In this document: positions 1-8,839 of the stretch, piece by piece
Layout: each line of letters starts with the position of its first letter
How positions within the stretch are numbered: position 1 is the stretch's first letter
Source of the DNA: a virus
Taxonomy: Duplodnaviria; Heunggongvirae; Uroviricota; Caudoviricetes
Reading direction: 5' to 3' (one strand)
Virus record (IMG/VR): IMGVR_UViG_3300045988_118627
DNA length: 24,996 bases
Made by a program: the position numbers and the translations under genes
The notes under the pieces: model-generated
Told to the model about the DNA's origin: nothing
What the model saw: only the letters and a program-made list of their open reading frames with translations
The model's database searches: none

Positions 1-805
1 TTTCCATCACGGATAAAAATTGAAAATAGCAGTCTGTGAAGAAATTGAACCCATCAAGCGCCATGATCTCTTCGTAAAGCTCTTTACTGATAGGGATGCT
101 TCTGTTTTTCTTCCCCTTCGTTCTGACAAAGGTAATTCGGTATTTGGTCACCTGTGAGCGGGTAAGATTTACGGCTTCACGCCAGCGTGCGCCTGTGCTT
201 AAGCATATCTTAACTACCAGTGCCAGAATTGGGTCCTGACGTTTGCAATCAGCCAGCAATTCAACAATCTGCTCATGGGTAAGCCATGCCATCTCTTTTT
301 CTGCGATGGTGAATTTTCGCATGTTCTCCAGTGGGTTCGGATACGACCATTCGCCCAGACGGGATAGTTCGCTAAAAACACTACTTAGATAGCTTTGCTC
401 CAGGTTAATGGTGACCGGGCTTGCTCCTTTCTTCCATTTCTCGCTGAAGTAGATCTCGCCTGTCAGGCGTTTATCTCGATAGTGGGCAAACATTTTAGAG
501 GTGAGATCGGTTGCAAGAGGATTGCCCAGAGCGTCAACCATCAACAGCAATTTGTCATAGACATGCTGCCCAGCTGTCAGAGATTTACCATGGAGTTTGA
601 ACCATAGCTCAACCACGTCTTTCAGTGTTCGACGATCCACTGATTCACCCAGCCAGGGCTTTGCTTCGGTTTCTTCCATCGTGTGGCGCTCAAAAGCCAG
701 TGCTTCGCCTTTGGTGGCGAATTGTTTACGCACACGACGCCCACTTCGTCCGGCGGGGTAACATTCGCAAAGCCATTTCCCAGTGGTGAGTTTTCGTACT
801 GCCAT
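1..805 (-). CDS. int: Tyrosine integrase, P2/186 family (partial; C-terminal catalytic region lies beyond the window start)
   Basis: Reverse-strand ORF from ATG at 805 reads MAVRKLTTGKWLCECYPAGRSGRRVRKQF... and later ...ICLSTGARWREAVNLTRSQVTKYRITFVRTKGKKNRSIPIS, which matches the P2 Int box I region (LSTGARW...VTFVKTK...) as recalled. No stop before the window edge. Confidence 0.85.
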   Translation of the reverse strand, partial: MAVRKLTTGKWLCECYPAGRSGRRVRKQFATKGEALAFERHTMEETEAKPWLGESVDRRTLKDVVELWFKLHGKSLTAGQHVYDKLLLMVDALGNPLATDLTSKMFAHYRDKRLTGEIYFSEKWKKGASPVTINLEQSYLSSVFSELSRLGEWSYPNPLENMRKFTIAEKEMAWLTHEQIVELLADCKRQDPILALVVKICLSTGARWREAVNLTRSQVTKYRITFVRTKGKKNRSIPISKELYEEIMALDGFNFFTDCYFQFLSVME

Positions 806-993
806 AAAAAATGCCCTCCAGTAGAGAGCATTTTTACTGTATGTATAACCAGTGTCAATGTATGAAATCCTACGACCATACATCTCACTGAAGCCATAAT
901 GAAGTTGGCTATTCTTTTTGCTATGTGAGCATGTAACTTTTGCGGTTAACCTGCGGCTCATTTTTATTTTAGACGCAGATATAAAAGCAAAAG

Positions 994-1185
994 TTATCGT
1001 GAGTTTTTAGTACAGATTTTTTTGGATTTACTAATAGTTCCATCATTGCAAACAAATTTTCCATCGGAGGTACAGTGAGAGACACCTCCCTTTTTCCCAG
1101 AACAAGGATAATTTTTAGCATAGGTAGTTAGTGGGCTTAATAACAAAGAGCATGATAAAACCACAAAAAATACTTTACCAAGCAT
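994..1185 (-). CDS. Small secreted cysteine-rich protein (63 aa, N-terminal signal peptide), unknown function
   Basis: [26 protein letters not shown]... has a hydrophobic signal-like N-terminus and a mature part with 5 Cys. GGAGG RBS sits 5 nt upstream. It lies 15 nt downstream of the cI stop on the same strand, so it is probably co-transcribed with cI and int. Confidence 0.5.
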   Translation of the reverse strand: MLGKVFFVVLSCSLLLSPLTTYAKNYPCSGKKGGVSHCTSDGKFVCNDGTISKSKKICTKNSR

Positions 1186-1200
1186 AGTTTCCTCCCGGTA

Positions 1201-1776
1201 TTATCTAACATATTTAACTGTTAAACTTATAATTTTACCAATTATTTCAATGTCTTCTATCTTACATTCGAAGGCTCTGTTTCCACCCTCGACGAAGATT
1301 CTTCCACCGGGTAAACGAGTAATGTCACGGATCGTTACTTCGCCATCAATACTTATTACCCATTTACCATCACGTATGTCATCAAATTCTTTATCACAAA
1401 TAAATTCAGAATTGTTATCTGTGATGACAAAAGGTTTTTTAAACGTAGAGGGTAGAAATCCCTTATCAAAAATATAAAAACCGTCTTCACGCAAGGCACC
1501 ATCAGATAATACATATTTAGCAACTTCCATAGTATTTGTATTACCTGAAGTTTGCTTTGAACCATGTCCGGTTGTGAGCCAATTAAGCGAGGTGCCCGTT
1601 TCAAGGGCGCACTGGATTACCCATTCTGCTGGGAATGAGTCACGCATGTAGCGTGTGGCGAGTGTACTTTTAGAGATTCCTAAATGATCGCACAACGCCT
1701 GTCGAGTCTTGAATCCATAAGCTTCTACCATGCGCTCTATGGCGCCTCGTCCGCCTTTCTCCAAATTCATGGTCAC
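1201..1776 (-). CDS. cI: Immunity repressor CI (phage 186 CI-like, HTH plus C-terminal domain)
   Basis: 191-aa ORF ...VEAYGFKTRQALCDHLGISKSTLATRYMR...CALETGTSLNWLTTGHG...RLPGGRIFVEGGNRAFECKIEDIEIIG resembles 186 CI as recalled (EAYGF..., CALETGANLQWLLTGEG, KLPGRKLHVAGGKVPFECGIDDI). It is divergent from the apl/cII operon. Confidence 0.85.
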   Translation of the reverse strand: MTMNLEKGGRGAIERMVEAYGFKTRQALCDHLGISKSTLATRYMRDSFPAEWVIQCALETGTSLNWLTTGHGSKQTSGNTNTMEVAKYVLSDGALREDGFYIFDKGFLPSTFKKPFVITDNNSEFICDKEFDDIRDGKWVISIDGEVTIRDITRLPGGRIFVEGGNRAFECKIEDIEIIGKIISLTVKYVR

Positions 1777-1794
1777 TCCAAGTGAACTTTTATC

Positions 1795-1823
1795 TTGACG
1801 ATTTCACTGTGCGATCGTATGTT
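1795..1823 (+). promoter_or_regulatory. Candidate rightward early promoter pR (-35 TTGACG 1795-1800, 17-nt spacer, -10 TATGTT 1818-1823) in the cI/apl switch region
   Basis: Sigma70-like hexamers with 17-nt spacing in the 119-bp intergenic region between divergent cI and apl. 186-type switches have face-to-face pR/pL here; pL was not pinned down. Confidence 0.35.
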
Positions 1824-1895
1824 TATGGTGTTCACAAAATACAAACGATCCGTATTCGTCCTGATTAATCATCATTAAACGAGGAATGTTGCATC

Positions 1896-2117
1896 ATGAG
1901 ACCTAACATTTCAATCACTCTTACCACGCCTCATGTGACTATTGAACGCTATAGCGAGCTGACAGGGCTATCCATCGATACCATCAATGACATGTTGGCT
2001 GATGGACGCCTTATCCGTCACCGTCTGCGCAAAGATAAAAAACGCGAAAAAGTGATGATCAACATAGCAGCAATGACCGTTGATGCGCTTTCAGAATGCA
2101 ATCTAAACCTTAATTAG
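1896..2117 (+). CDS. apl: Apl/Cox-like excisionase and switch regulator (small HTH protein)
   Basis: 73-aa basic ORF is the first gene to the right of the switch, immediately upstream of cII, in the position of 186 apl / P2 cox. RBS GAGGAA precedes the ATG. Confidence 0.6.
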   Translation: MRPNISITLTTPHVTIERYSELTGLSIDTINDMLADGRLIRHRLRKDKKREKVMINIAAMTVDALSECNLNLN

Positions 2118-2149
2118 TTCGATTCTGAAATACATCAGAGGCATTGACC

Positions 2150-2659
2150 ATGTTTGATTACCAAGTTTCCAAACATCCACATTTTGATGAAGCCTGTCGT
2201 GCATTTGCACTGCGCCACAATCTGGTGCAACTGGCAGAACGTGCAGGCATGAATGTGCAGATTCTGCGGAACAAGCTGAACCCAGCTCAGCCTCATTTAT
2301 TAACCGCACCAGAAATCTGGCTGCTTACCGATCTGACTGAAGATTCAACGCTGGTAGATGGTTTTCTGGCACAGATTCATTGTCTGCCATGTGTACCGAT
2401 TAATGAGGTGGCAAAAGAGAAACTGCCACATTACGTCATGAGTGCAACCGCAGAGATCGGGCGTGTTGCTGCAGGTGCGGTGTCTGGCGATGTAAAAACC
2501 TGTGCCGGTCGTCGTGATGCTATCAGCAGCATTAACTCTGTAACACGACTGATGGCGCTGGCTGCTGTTTCATTGCAGGCCCGTTTACAGGCTAATCCTG
2601 CGATGGCGAGTGCAGTTGATACCGTGACTGGCCTCGGTGCTTCATTCGGTTTGCTGTGA
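2150..2659 (+). CDS. cII: CII-like lysogeny establishment regulator (186 CII family)
   Basis: From ATG 2150: [49 protein letters not shown]...[25 protein letters not shown]... resembles 186 CII as recalled. The track ORF start at 2144 is a TTG; the ATG at 2150 with an AGAGG RBS is preferred. Confidence 0.85.
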   Translation: MFDYQVSKHPHFDEACRAFALRHNLVQLAERAGMNVQILRNKLNPAQPHLLTAPEIWLLTDLTEDSTLVDGFLAQIHCLPCVPINEVAKEKLPHYVMSATAEIGRVAAGAVSGDVKTCAGRRDAISSINSVTRLMALAAVSLQARLQANPAMASAVDTVTGLGASFGLL

Positions 2660-2666
2660 GGTGCTT

Positions 2667-2963
2667 ATGCTGACGAAAGAACCATCATTTGCATCGCTGC
2701 TGGTAAAACAAAGCCCGGCAATGCACTACGGTCACGGCTGGATCACGGGTGAGGATGGAAAACGCTGGCATCCATGTCATTCACAAGATGAATTGCTGTC
2801 TGAATTGACCACGAGGAAACGGAGAAAGTCCAAATGTATGCGGCAGAAAGTGAAGTGGTTTATCAGTTTCGTTACAGAGGGGAGAGTTATTCAGTACCTG
2901 AAGATGATTTGCTCTGTTGCTATCCGTCATTGTCGGGAGATGGCAGTTACTTTTTCACGTTAA
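2667..2963 (+). CDS. fil: Fil-like small early protein (possible host filamentation/cell-division inhibitor); 3' end uncertain
   Basis: ORF from ATG 2667 (GAGGTG RBS) reads MLTKEPSFASLLVKQSPAMHYGHGWITGEDGKRWHPC..., in the position of 186 fil directly after cII. The C-terminal third looks low-complexity and overlaps a better-looking ORF in another frame. Confidence 0.45.
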   Translation: MLTKEPSFASLLVKQSPAMHYGHGWITGEDGKRWHPCHSQDELLSELTTRKRRKSKCMRQKVKWFISFVTEGRVIQYLKMICSVAIRHCREMAVTFSR

Positions 2964-3058
2964 AGGATGGGACGTTTTTACGGGGAGAGCAGGTTAAAGA
3001 GACGATACGAAAAAATGTATCTCCTCTTGAGCGTTACCGTAAGAACAAAGAACGATAG
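2834..3058 (+). CDS. Hypothetical early protein (74 aa), possibly a dhr-position gene
   Basis: ORF MYAAESEVVYQFRYRGESYSVPEDDLLCCYPSLSGDGSYFFTLKDGTFLRGEQ... with GGAG 9 nt upstream of the ATG. It overlaps the fil-frame ORF by about 130 nt. Confidence 0.35.
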   Translation: MYAAESEVVYQFRYRGESYSVPEDDLLCCYPSLSGDGSYFFTLKDGTFLRGEQVKETIRKNVSPLERYRKNKER

Positions 3059-3080
3059 CTGCGTTTGGGGAATATGAAGT

Positions 3081-3422
3081 ATGGCAATTAATGGCGCTGC
3101 AGCAACTGTTCCATTAAGCCCAGGTGAACGCCTGAATGGACTTAATCATATTGCGGAATTAAGGGCGAAAGTATTTGGCCTGAATATTGAGTCAGAGCTT
3201 GAGCGGTTTATTAAAGATATACGTGATCCACGGGATGTTAATTATGAACGAAATAAACGAGCACTGGCTGCTATATTCTTTATAGCAAAAATTCCAGCTG
3301 AACGTCATAGCATCAGCATTAATGAGCTGACCACTGACGAAAAGCGGGAGTTGATTAAAGTAATGAATCATCTTCGTGCAGTGGTGAGCTTATTTCCCAG
3401 ACGGCTAGCCATGCCGAATTAA
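3081..3422 (+). CDS. Hypothetical phage early protein (113 aa)
   Basis: Intact ORF in the early rightward operon with protein-like composition; no recognised motif. Confidence 0.5.
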   Translation: MAINGAAATVPLSPGERLNGLNHIAELRAKVFGLNIESELERFIKDIRDPRDVNYERNKRALAAIFFIAKIPAERHSISINELTTDEKRELIKVMNHLRAVVSLFPRRLAMPN

Positions 3423-3489
3423 CCAATTAATGAAATTCATGGCGTAAACCCGCCGGGCATTCCTTTATCTAAATTCAGGAGAATTGATT

Positions 3490-3723
3490 ATGCGTAATAT
3501 TGAAACCCTCTCGACTAAAACCGGACCGGATGACGCAGGACTTAATATTTTACTGACAGAGGCTCGTCTGGAAGAACGTCGGGCAAGAGCTGAAGCAATG
3601 GCAGCTCGCCTTGATAGCCTTGCGTGCCATATCACATCCCGCCAGCTAAACCACGTTGAAGCGGCTGAACTGCTGCGTGTGGCAGCTGAAGCAATCCAGA
3701 ACGAAGCGCAGGAGATCCACTAA
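3490..3723 (+). CDS. Hypothetical phage early protein (77 aa, Ala/Glu-rich helical)
   Basis: ATG at 3490 preceded by AGGAG (3476-3480). The track start at 3484 is a TTG. Confidence 0.5.
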   Translation: MRNIETLSTKTGPDDAGLNILLTEARLEERRARAEAMAARLDSLACHITSRQLNHVEAAELLRVAAEAIQNEAQEIH

Positions 3724-3950
3724 TGGCTGATGCAATGGATCTCGTACAGCAGCGCGTTGAAGAAGAACGCCAGCGTCATATCCATGCTGCCCGTGCCAAA
3801 ACGCCGGGCGTGTCCCGCGTGCTTTGCATTGAGTGTGAAGCGCCAATTCCGCCAGCACGCCGCCGTGCCATTCCGGGTGTGCAGCTTTGCATTACCTGTC
3901 AGGAAATCGCAGAGCTGAAAGGCAAACATTACAACGGAGGTGCTGTATGA
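3723..3950 (+). CDS. DksA/TraR-family C4 zinc-finger protein
   Basis: CIECEAPIPPARRRAIPGVQLCITCQE is a CxxC-N17-CxxC arrangement typical of TraR/DksA-type zinc fingers found in P2-like early operons. Its stop overlaps the dam start (ATGA). Confidence 0.7.
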   Translation: MADAMDLVQQRVEEERQRHIHAARAKTPGVSRVLCIECEAPIPPARRRAIPGVQLCITCQEIAELKGKHYNGGAV

Positions 3951-4804
3951 GCACCATCCTGAAATGGGCGGGAAATAAAACCGCCATTATGTCCGAACTG
4001 AAAAAGCATCTTCCTGCTGGCCCGCGACTGGTTGAACCTTTCGCGGGTTCCTGTGCAGTGATGATGGAGACGGAGTACCCCAGCTATCTTGTTGCGGATA
4101 TTAATCCTGATTTAATCAACCTCTATAAAAAGGTTGCTGCTGATTGTGAATCGTTTATATCTCGCGCCAGAGTTTTATTTGAGATCGCAAACAGGGAGGT
4201 GGCTTATTACAACATAAGGCAGGAGTTTAATTACTCAACTGAAATTACTGATTTCATGAAAGCGGTATATTTCCTGTATCTCAATCGTCACGGTTACCGT
4301 GGTTTATGTCGCTATAACAAGAGCGGGCATTTCAACATTCCCTACGGTAATTATAAAAATCCGTATTTCCCTGAAAAAGAAATTCGCGCATTTGCAGAAA
4401 AAGCCCAGCGAGCAACGTTTATCTGCGCCAGCTTTGATGAAACGCTGGCGATGTTGAAGGCGGGGGATGTGGTGTATTGCGATCCGCCGTATGACGGTAC
4501 GTTTTCCGGCTATCACACTGATGGTTTCACTGAAGATGACCAGTATCACCTGGCATCCGTTCTTGAACATCGGTCATCAGAAGGACATCCGGTCATTGTT
4601 TCTAACAGTGATACATCCCTGATCCGTTCGCTGTATCGCAATTTTACTCACCACTATATCAAGGTAAAACGCAGCATCGGTGTGGCAGCTGGCGAGGGTA
4701 AATCAGCAACAGAAATCATTGCTGTTTCCGGGCCGCGCTGCTGGGTGGGATTTGATTATTCGCGTGGCGTGGATAGTTCTGCCGTGTACGGAGTACGTGC
4801 ATGA
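3947..4804 (+). CDS. dam: DNA adenine methyltransferase (Dam-like, orphan N6-adenine MTase)
   Basis: From ATG 3947 (GGAGG RBS): [23 protein letters not shown]...VEPFAGS...[26 protein letters not shown]...VVYCDPPY, close to E. coli Dam motifs including DPPY. The track start at 3887 is rejected as a 5' extension. Confidence 0.88.
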   Translation: MSTILKWAGNKTAIMSELKKHLPAGPRLVEPFAGSCAVMMETEYPSYLVADINPDLINLYKKVAADCESFISRARVLFEIANREVAYYNIRQEFNYSTEITDFMKAVYFLYLNRHGYRGLCRYNKSGHFNIPYGNYKNPYFPEKEIRAFAEKAQRATFICASFDETLAMLKAGDVVYCDPPYDGTFSGYHTDGFTEDDQYHLASVLEHRSSEGHPVIVSNSDTSLIRSLYRNFTHHYIKVKRSIGVAAGEGKSATEIIAVSGPRCWVGFDYSRGVDSSAVYGVRA

Positions 4805-7215
4805 GCCATGCCGATATGAACAACTGCTGCGGCTTTAACGAGGCTGCCGCAGCGTTCTCATGGAACAGCCCGAAAAAGGCCATTAACCCTTATCTGGACC
4901 CGGCGGAAGTTGCGCCGGTTTCTGCGCTTTCAAACCTGATCGCTCTGTACGCTGCCGATAACGAGCAGGAACACCTGCGCCGCGAGGCACTGAGTGATCA
5001 GGTCTGGGAGCGTTATTTCTTTAATGAATCCCGTGATCCTGTCCAGCGCGAAATGGAGCAGGATAAGCTCATTAGTCGGGCAAAGCTGGCGCATGAGCAG
5101 CAGCGTTTTAATCCAGATATGGTCATTCTGGCGGACGTCAATGCCCAGCCTTCCCATATCAGCAAGCCGCTGATGCAACGTATTGAATACTTCAGCAGCT
5201 TGGGCAGGCCAAAGGCTTATTCCCGCTATTTGCGTGAGACGATTAAGCCATGTTTGGAGCGACTGGAGCATGTACGCGACAGCCAGCTATCTGCATCTTT
5301 TCGTTTTATGGCAAGCCATGTAGGGCTGGACGGCCTGCTGATTCTGCCTGAAATGAGTCAGGATCAGGTGAAACGCCTGTCTACTCTTGTCGCTGCGCAT
5401 ATGAGCATGTGTCTTGATGCCGCTTGTGGTGATTTGTACGCCACCGATGATGTTAAGCCAGAAGAAATCCGCAAGACATGGGAAAAGGTGGCAGCAGAAA
5501 CCCTGCGACTGGATGTTATCCCGCCTGCGTTTGAGCAACTTCGTCGGAAAAGAAACCGCCGTAAACCCGTGCCCTATGAACTCATTCCGGGTTCGCTGGC
5601 GCGTATGTTGTGCGCCGACTGGTGGTACCGGAAATTATGGAAAATGCGTTGCGAATGGTGGGAAGAGCAGTTGCGTGCTGTCTGCCTGGTCAGCAAAAAA
5701 GCATCTCCCTATGTCAGCTATGAAGCCGTGATGCATAAACGTGAGCAGCGCCGTAAGTCGCTGGAGTTTTTCCGTTCTCATGAACTGGTGAACGAAGACG
5801 GCGACACGCTGGACATGGAGGATGTGGTAAACGCCAGCAGCAGCAACCCGGCGCATCGCCGCAATGAGATGATGGCCTGTGTTAAAGGTCTGGAGCTTAT
5901 CGCAGAAATGCGCAGTGACTGTGCCGTTTTCTACACTATCACCTGTCCGTCGCGTTTCCATTCCACGCTCAATAACGGCAGACCAAACCCGACCTGGACA
6001 AACGCGACGGTAAGACAAAGCAGCGATTATCTGGTCGGCATGTTTGCTGCATTTCGTAAGGCTATGCACAAAGCCGGGTTGCGCTGGTATGGCGTGCGGG
6101 TGGCTGAACCGCATCATGACGGCACAGTTCACTGGCACCTGTTGTGTTTCATGCGCAAAAAAGACCGCCGCGCCATTACTGCATTGTTGCGTAAGTTTGC
6201 CATCCGTGAAGACCGCGAGGAGCTGGGCAATAACACGGGGCCACGCTTTAAGTCTGAGCTGATAAACCCGCGCAAAGGTACGCCAACAAGCTACATCGCG
6301 AAATACATCAGTAAGAACATTGACGGGCGTGGTCTGGCTGGCGAGATCAGCAAGGAAACGGGTAAATCCCTGCGTGATAACGCTGAATACGTTAATGCCT
6401 GGGCGTCTCTGCATCGTGTTCAGCAATTCCGCTTCTTTGGCATTCCGGGGCGTCAGGCTTACCGTGAACTGCGATTGCTGGCTGGTCAGGCGGCAAGGCA
6501 ACAGGGGGACAAAAAAGCAGGTGCGCCGGTACTGGATAACCCGCGCCTTGATGCAATCCTGGCTGCTGCTGATGCTGGTTGTTTTGCCACCTACATCATG
6601 AAGCAGGGCGGCGTACTGGTTCCCCGCAAATATCACCTCATCAGAACTGCTTATGAAATCAACGAAGAGCCGACCGCCTATGGCGATCACGGTATTCGTA
6701 TTTATGGCATCTGGTCACCCATTGCAGAGGGCAAGATCTGCACTCATGCGGTGAAGTGGAAAATGGTTCGTAAGGCCGTTGACGTTCAGGAGGCGGCAGC
6801 CGACCAGGGCGCTTGCGCCCCTTGGACTCGTGGCAATAACTGTCCCCTTGCTGAAAATTTGAACCAACATGAGAAAGATGAATCAGCAGATGGGGATACC
6901 AGAACGGACATTACCTGCATGGATGACAAGGAATTGCACGATTACCTGCACAGTATGAGCAAAAAAGAGCGCCGGGAACTGGCAGCAAGATTGCGCCTGG
7001 TTAAACCGAAACGGCGTAAAGACTACAAACAGCGAATTACAGAGTATCAGCGTCAGCAGCTCGTCTATGAACTGAAGTCCAGAGGATTTGATGGCAGCGA
7101 GAAAGAGGTCGATTTGCTCCTTTGCGGTGGCAGTATTCCGTCAGGAGCAGGCCTGCGTATCTTCTATCGGAACCAGCGTTTGCAGGAAGATGATAAGTGG
7201 CGGAACCTGTATTAA
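4801..7215 (+). CDS. A: Replication initiation protein A (rolling-circle HUH endonuclease, P2 gene A family)
   Basis: 804-aa ORF with the HUH motif [13 protein letters not shown] and a tyrosine region [11 protein letters not shown], in the P2 A position after the early genes. Its start overlaps the dam stop (ATGA). Confidence 0.9.
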   Translation: MSHADMNNCCGFNEAAAAFSWNSPKKAINPYLDPAEVAPVSALSNLIALYAADNEQEHLRREALSDQVWERYFFNESRDPVQREMEQDKLISRAKLAHEQQRFNPDMVILADVNAQPSHISKPLMQRIEYFSSLGRPKAYSRYLRETIKPCLERLEHVRDSQLSASFRFMASHVGLDGLLILPEMSQDQVKRLSTLVAAHMSMCLDAACGDLYATDDVKPEEIRKTWEKVAAETLRLDVIPPAFEQLRRKRNRRKPVPYELIPGSLARMLCADWWYRKLWKMRCEWWEEQLRAVCLVSKKASPYVSYEAVMHKREQRRKSLEFFRSHELVNEDGDTLDMEDVVNASSSNPAHRRNEMMACVKGLELIAEMRSDCAVFYTITCPSRFHSTLNNGRPNPTWTNATVRQSSDYLVGMFAAFRKAMHKAGLRWYGVRVAEPHHDGTVHWHLLCFMRKKDRRAITALLRKFAIREDREELGNNTGPRFKSELINPRKGTPTSYIAKYISKNIDGRGLAGEISKETGKSLRDNAEYVNAWASLHRVQQFRFFGIPGRQAYRELRLLAGQAARQQGDKKAGAPVLDNPRLDAILAAADAGCFATYIMKQGGVLVPRKYHLIRTAYEINEEPTAYGDHGIRIYGIWSPIAEGKICTHAVKWKMVRKAVDVQEAAADQGACAPWTRGNNCPLAENLNQHEKDESADGDTRTDITCMDDKELHDYLHSMSKKERRELAARLRLVKPKRRKDYKQRITEYQRQQLVYELKSRGFDGSEKEVDLLLCGGSIPSGAGLRIFYRNQRLQEDDKWRNLY

Positions 7216-7368
7216 TTACGCGGGTTAACAATTCGTGCTCTTAATAATACCAGGCATATCAGGCTGATGAACGTAAAAAAACGTTTTACATCAGTAAGAT
7301 TATTATATACTGTAAATATAAACAGTGGTTATATGTACAGTATTGCGTATGGTGTTATAGGAGGAAAG

Positions 7369-7557
7369 ATGCAGGACTATTTTTTGGAGTCTTTGAAGCT
7401 CCAGCGCATTGATTTTTTTCTTAAGCTTGTAGCGGCTAGTGAGTGTAGTGATGAAGAGAAGGGGCTAGCTCTGCAGTGGGTTTCTGAATTGACTGATGAG
7501 TTGATGGCGAAAATTCGAAGCCATGAATACAGTAGGTCGATGGATGTAATCAGTTGA
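7369..7557 (+). CDS. Hypothetical small acidic protein (62 aa) in an AT-rich cargo region
   Basis: ATG 7369 preceded by AGGAGG (7356-7361); followed by a hairpin terminator. No recognisable domain. Confidence 0.35.
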   Translation: MQDYFLESLKLQRIDFFLKLVAASECSDEEKGLALQWVSELTDELMAKIRSHEYSRSMDVIS

Positions 7558-7589
7558 GCTTGTTTCGTTAGGACTTGATAAGGGAACCG

Positions 7590-7614
7590 AAAAGGGGCAT
7601 TAAGCCCCTTTCTC
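7590..7614. terminator. Bidirectional intrinsic terminator between convergent genes
   Basis: AAAA-GGGGC-ATTAA-GCCCC-TTTCTC: GC stem with an A-tract on one side and a T-tract on the other, between a + gene ending at 7557 and a - gene ending at 7625. Confidence 0.5.
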
Positions 7615-7624
7615 ATAAGTTGAT

Positions 7625-7924
7625 TTAGTTGTTACCCAAAGAGCCGGCCATGGCTGCATATTTAATTTCTTCGCTGGGTATTTCAGGATGTAGTTGAATT
7701 TGCCTGATGATATAGCCAGGAACTTCTTCACTCCACAGTTTCGCCGCGTCCTTACAGACCTTATACGCGAAGTCTCTATTCTCAAAGGCATAGGATTTTC
7801 CGTATGCATATTGCTGACAGGCATGAACATAAGCTCCGAAGTCGCCGTCTTTATCTGGCAAAGCACATCCAGCTAAGGCTATGATGATTGCTACTAACGT
7901 AAAGGAGAAAGTTATACGTTTCAT
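7625..7924 (-). CDS. Small lipoprotein (99 aa), unknown function
   Basis: MKRITFSFTLVAIIIALAGC... has a signal peptide with lipobox LAGC. It is on the opposite strand to the flanking phage operons, like an accessory (moron) gene. Confidence 0.6.
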   Translation of the reverse strand: MKRITFSFTLVAIIIALAGCALPDKDGDFGAYVHACQQYAYGKSYAFENRDFAYKVCKDAAKLWSEEVPGYIIRQIQLHPEIPSEEIKYAAMAGSLGNN

Positions 7925-7980
7925 GGTCTCTTTCTAAGCGTTTAGCATTATTTAACTAAGGGGTATCTGCCGTGATTTGG

Positions 7981-8009
7981 TAGTCCCTGATATATATTCT
8001 CAGGGACTA
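7981..8009 (-). repeat. Perfect 10-bp inverted repeat (TAGTCCCTGA ... TCAGGGACTA) between the two lipoprotein genes
   Basis: Arms at 7981-7990 and 8000-8009 with a 9-nt AT loop, immediately downstream of the 8033..8839 gene on the minus strand. No clear U-tract, so it may be a weak terminator, an RNA stability element or a protein-binding site. Confidence 0.4.
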
Positions 8010-8032
8010 TGCTGAAGTAGCTTTAATTTTGA

Positions 8033-8839
8033 TTATTTAGAAAGGTACTTATCTCTAAGTTGATTCAGTCTGTCAGCATCGCGTTCTGAAAACTCGGCGT
8101 CACCATAGATCGATTTCCCATCTGCGTCTTCAAGGCCAATGACTGTGACGGTAAATATAGCATCAGCCGGAACTTTAAGTTTTCCCCAATCAGAGTATCT
8201 ATTAGGGGCTAATTTCCAGTTGGCTTTCTCACCTGGTTCCAGACCTCCAGAAATTTTATAGTTGAAGACGTCAGAGAACCAAGGGACGCTTCTTCCTGGG
8301 CTGGCAATAACTCCTTTGAAGAATACTCTGGCAACCGCTTTGTCTGTTCCGTTTTCAACGCTAATATCCAGAATTGGCTGATCATTGCCGTAATCCTCTT
8401 TCTGGAAATAAAAACGGGAACGTTCGACCTTGAAGGCTTTCATTTTTTCCGCAGCCTGTGTTGCAGAGGTTTGTTTGGCTTCCAGTTCTTTTATTTCTTG
8501 CAGAGCCTGTTCTTTCTCTCTCTTCTCACGCTCAAGGCGAATAGTTTGTGCGTAATTTATAACCTCATCACCAGTTTTACCTTCCAACGCTGACTTAATT
8601 TTTGTTTCGTAGACGTCCCCAGAAGACGTTCCAGCCTGCATTAGCTCTCTCATGTTGATTTGGCTAAAGGCAACGACTTTAACTGCATCATCAAACTGAG
8701 CTTTTTTATCTGCAGGTAAGGACTCTCTTACTTTTTGAATGGACTCTTTCATCGACTGATCGCTTGATGCATCGATCTTCGGTTTGTCACAAGCAGTAAG
8801 CAGCAGAGCAAAAGCAATTACGCCAGTTAATTTCTTCAT
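8033..8839 (-). CDS. Lipoprotein with a central coiled-coil region (268 aa), unknown function
   Basis: From ATG at 8839: MKKLTGVIAFALLLTACDKPK... (lipobox LLTAC) followed by a charged helical segment (EREKREKEQALQEIKELEAKQ). The longer track ORF from 8911 is rejected as a 5' extension. Confidence 0.6.
   Translation of the reverse strand: MKKLTGVIAFALLLTACDKPKIDASSDQSMKESIQKVRESLPADKKAQFDDAVKVVAFSQINMRELMQAGTSSGDVYETKIKSALEGKTGDEVINYAQTIRLEREKREKEQALQEIKELEAKQTSATQAAEKMKAFKVERSRFYFQKEDYGNDQPILDISVENGTDKAVARVFFKGVIASPGRSVPWFSDVFNYKISGGLEPGEKANWKLAPNRYSDWGKLKVPADAIFTVTVIGLEDADGKSIYGDAEFSERDADRLNQLRDKYLSK

Noticed and set aside
3730-3918. 62-aa ORF in an alternative frame overlapping the zinc-finger gene
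   Set aside because: The overlapping frame encoding the CxxC...CxxC zinc finger is clearly the real one.
3887-3946. 5' extension of dam (track ORF beginning [21 protein letters not shown])
   Set aside because: The extension overlaps the zinc-finger gene in another frame and lacks an RBS; the ATG at 3947 with a GGAGG RBS gives an N-terminus matching Dam ([11 protein letters not shown]).
5635-6690. 351-aa minus-strand ORF inside replication gene A
   Set aside because: It is entirely antisense to a well-supported 804-aa HUH replication protein ORF, has an Arg/Cys-rich composition typical of a shadow frame in GC-rich coding DNA, and has no RBS or recognisable motif.
7267-7368. Longer 96-aa version of the small ORF after gene A (start at 7267)
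   Set aside because: The upstream portion lies in AT-rich promoter-like sequence without an RBS, whereas the ATG at 7369 is preceded by AGGAGG. Even the short version is kept at low confidence.
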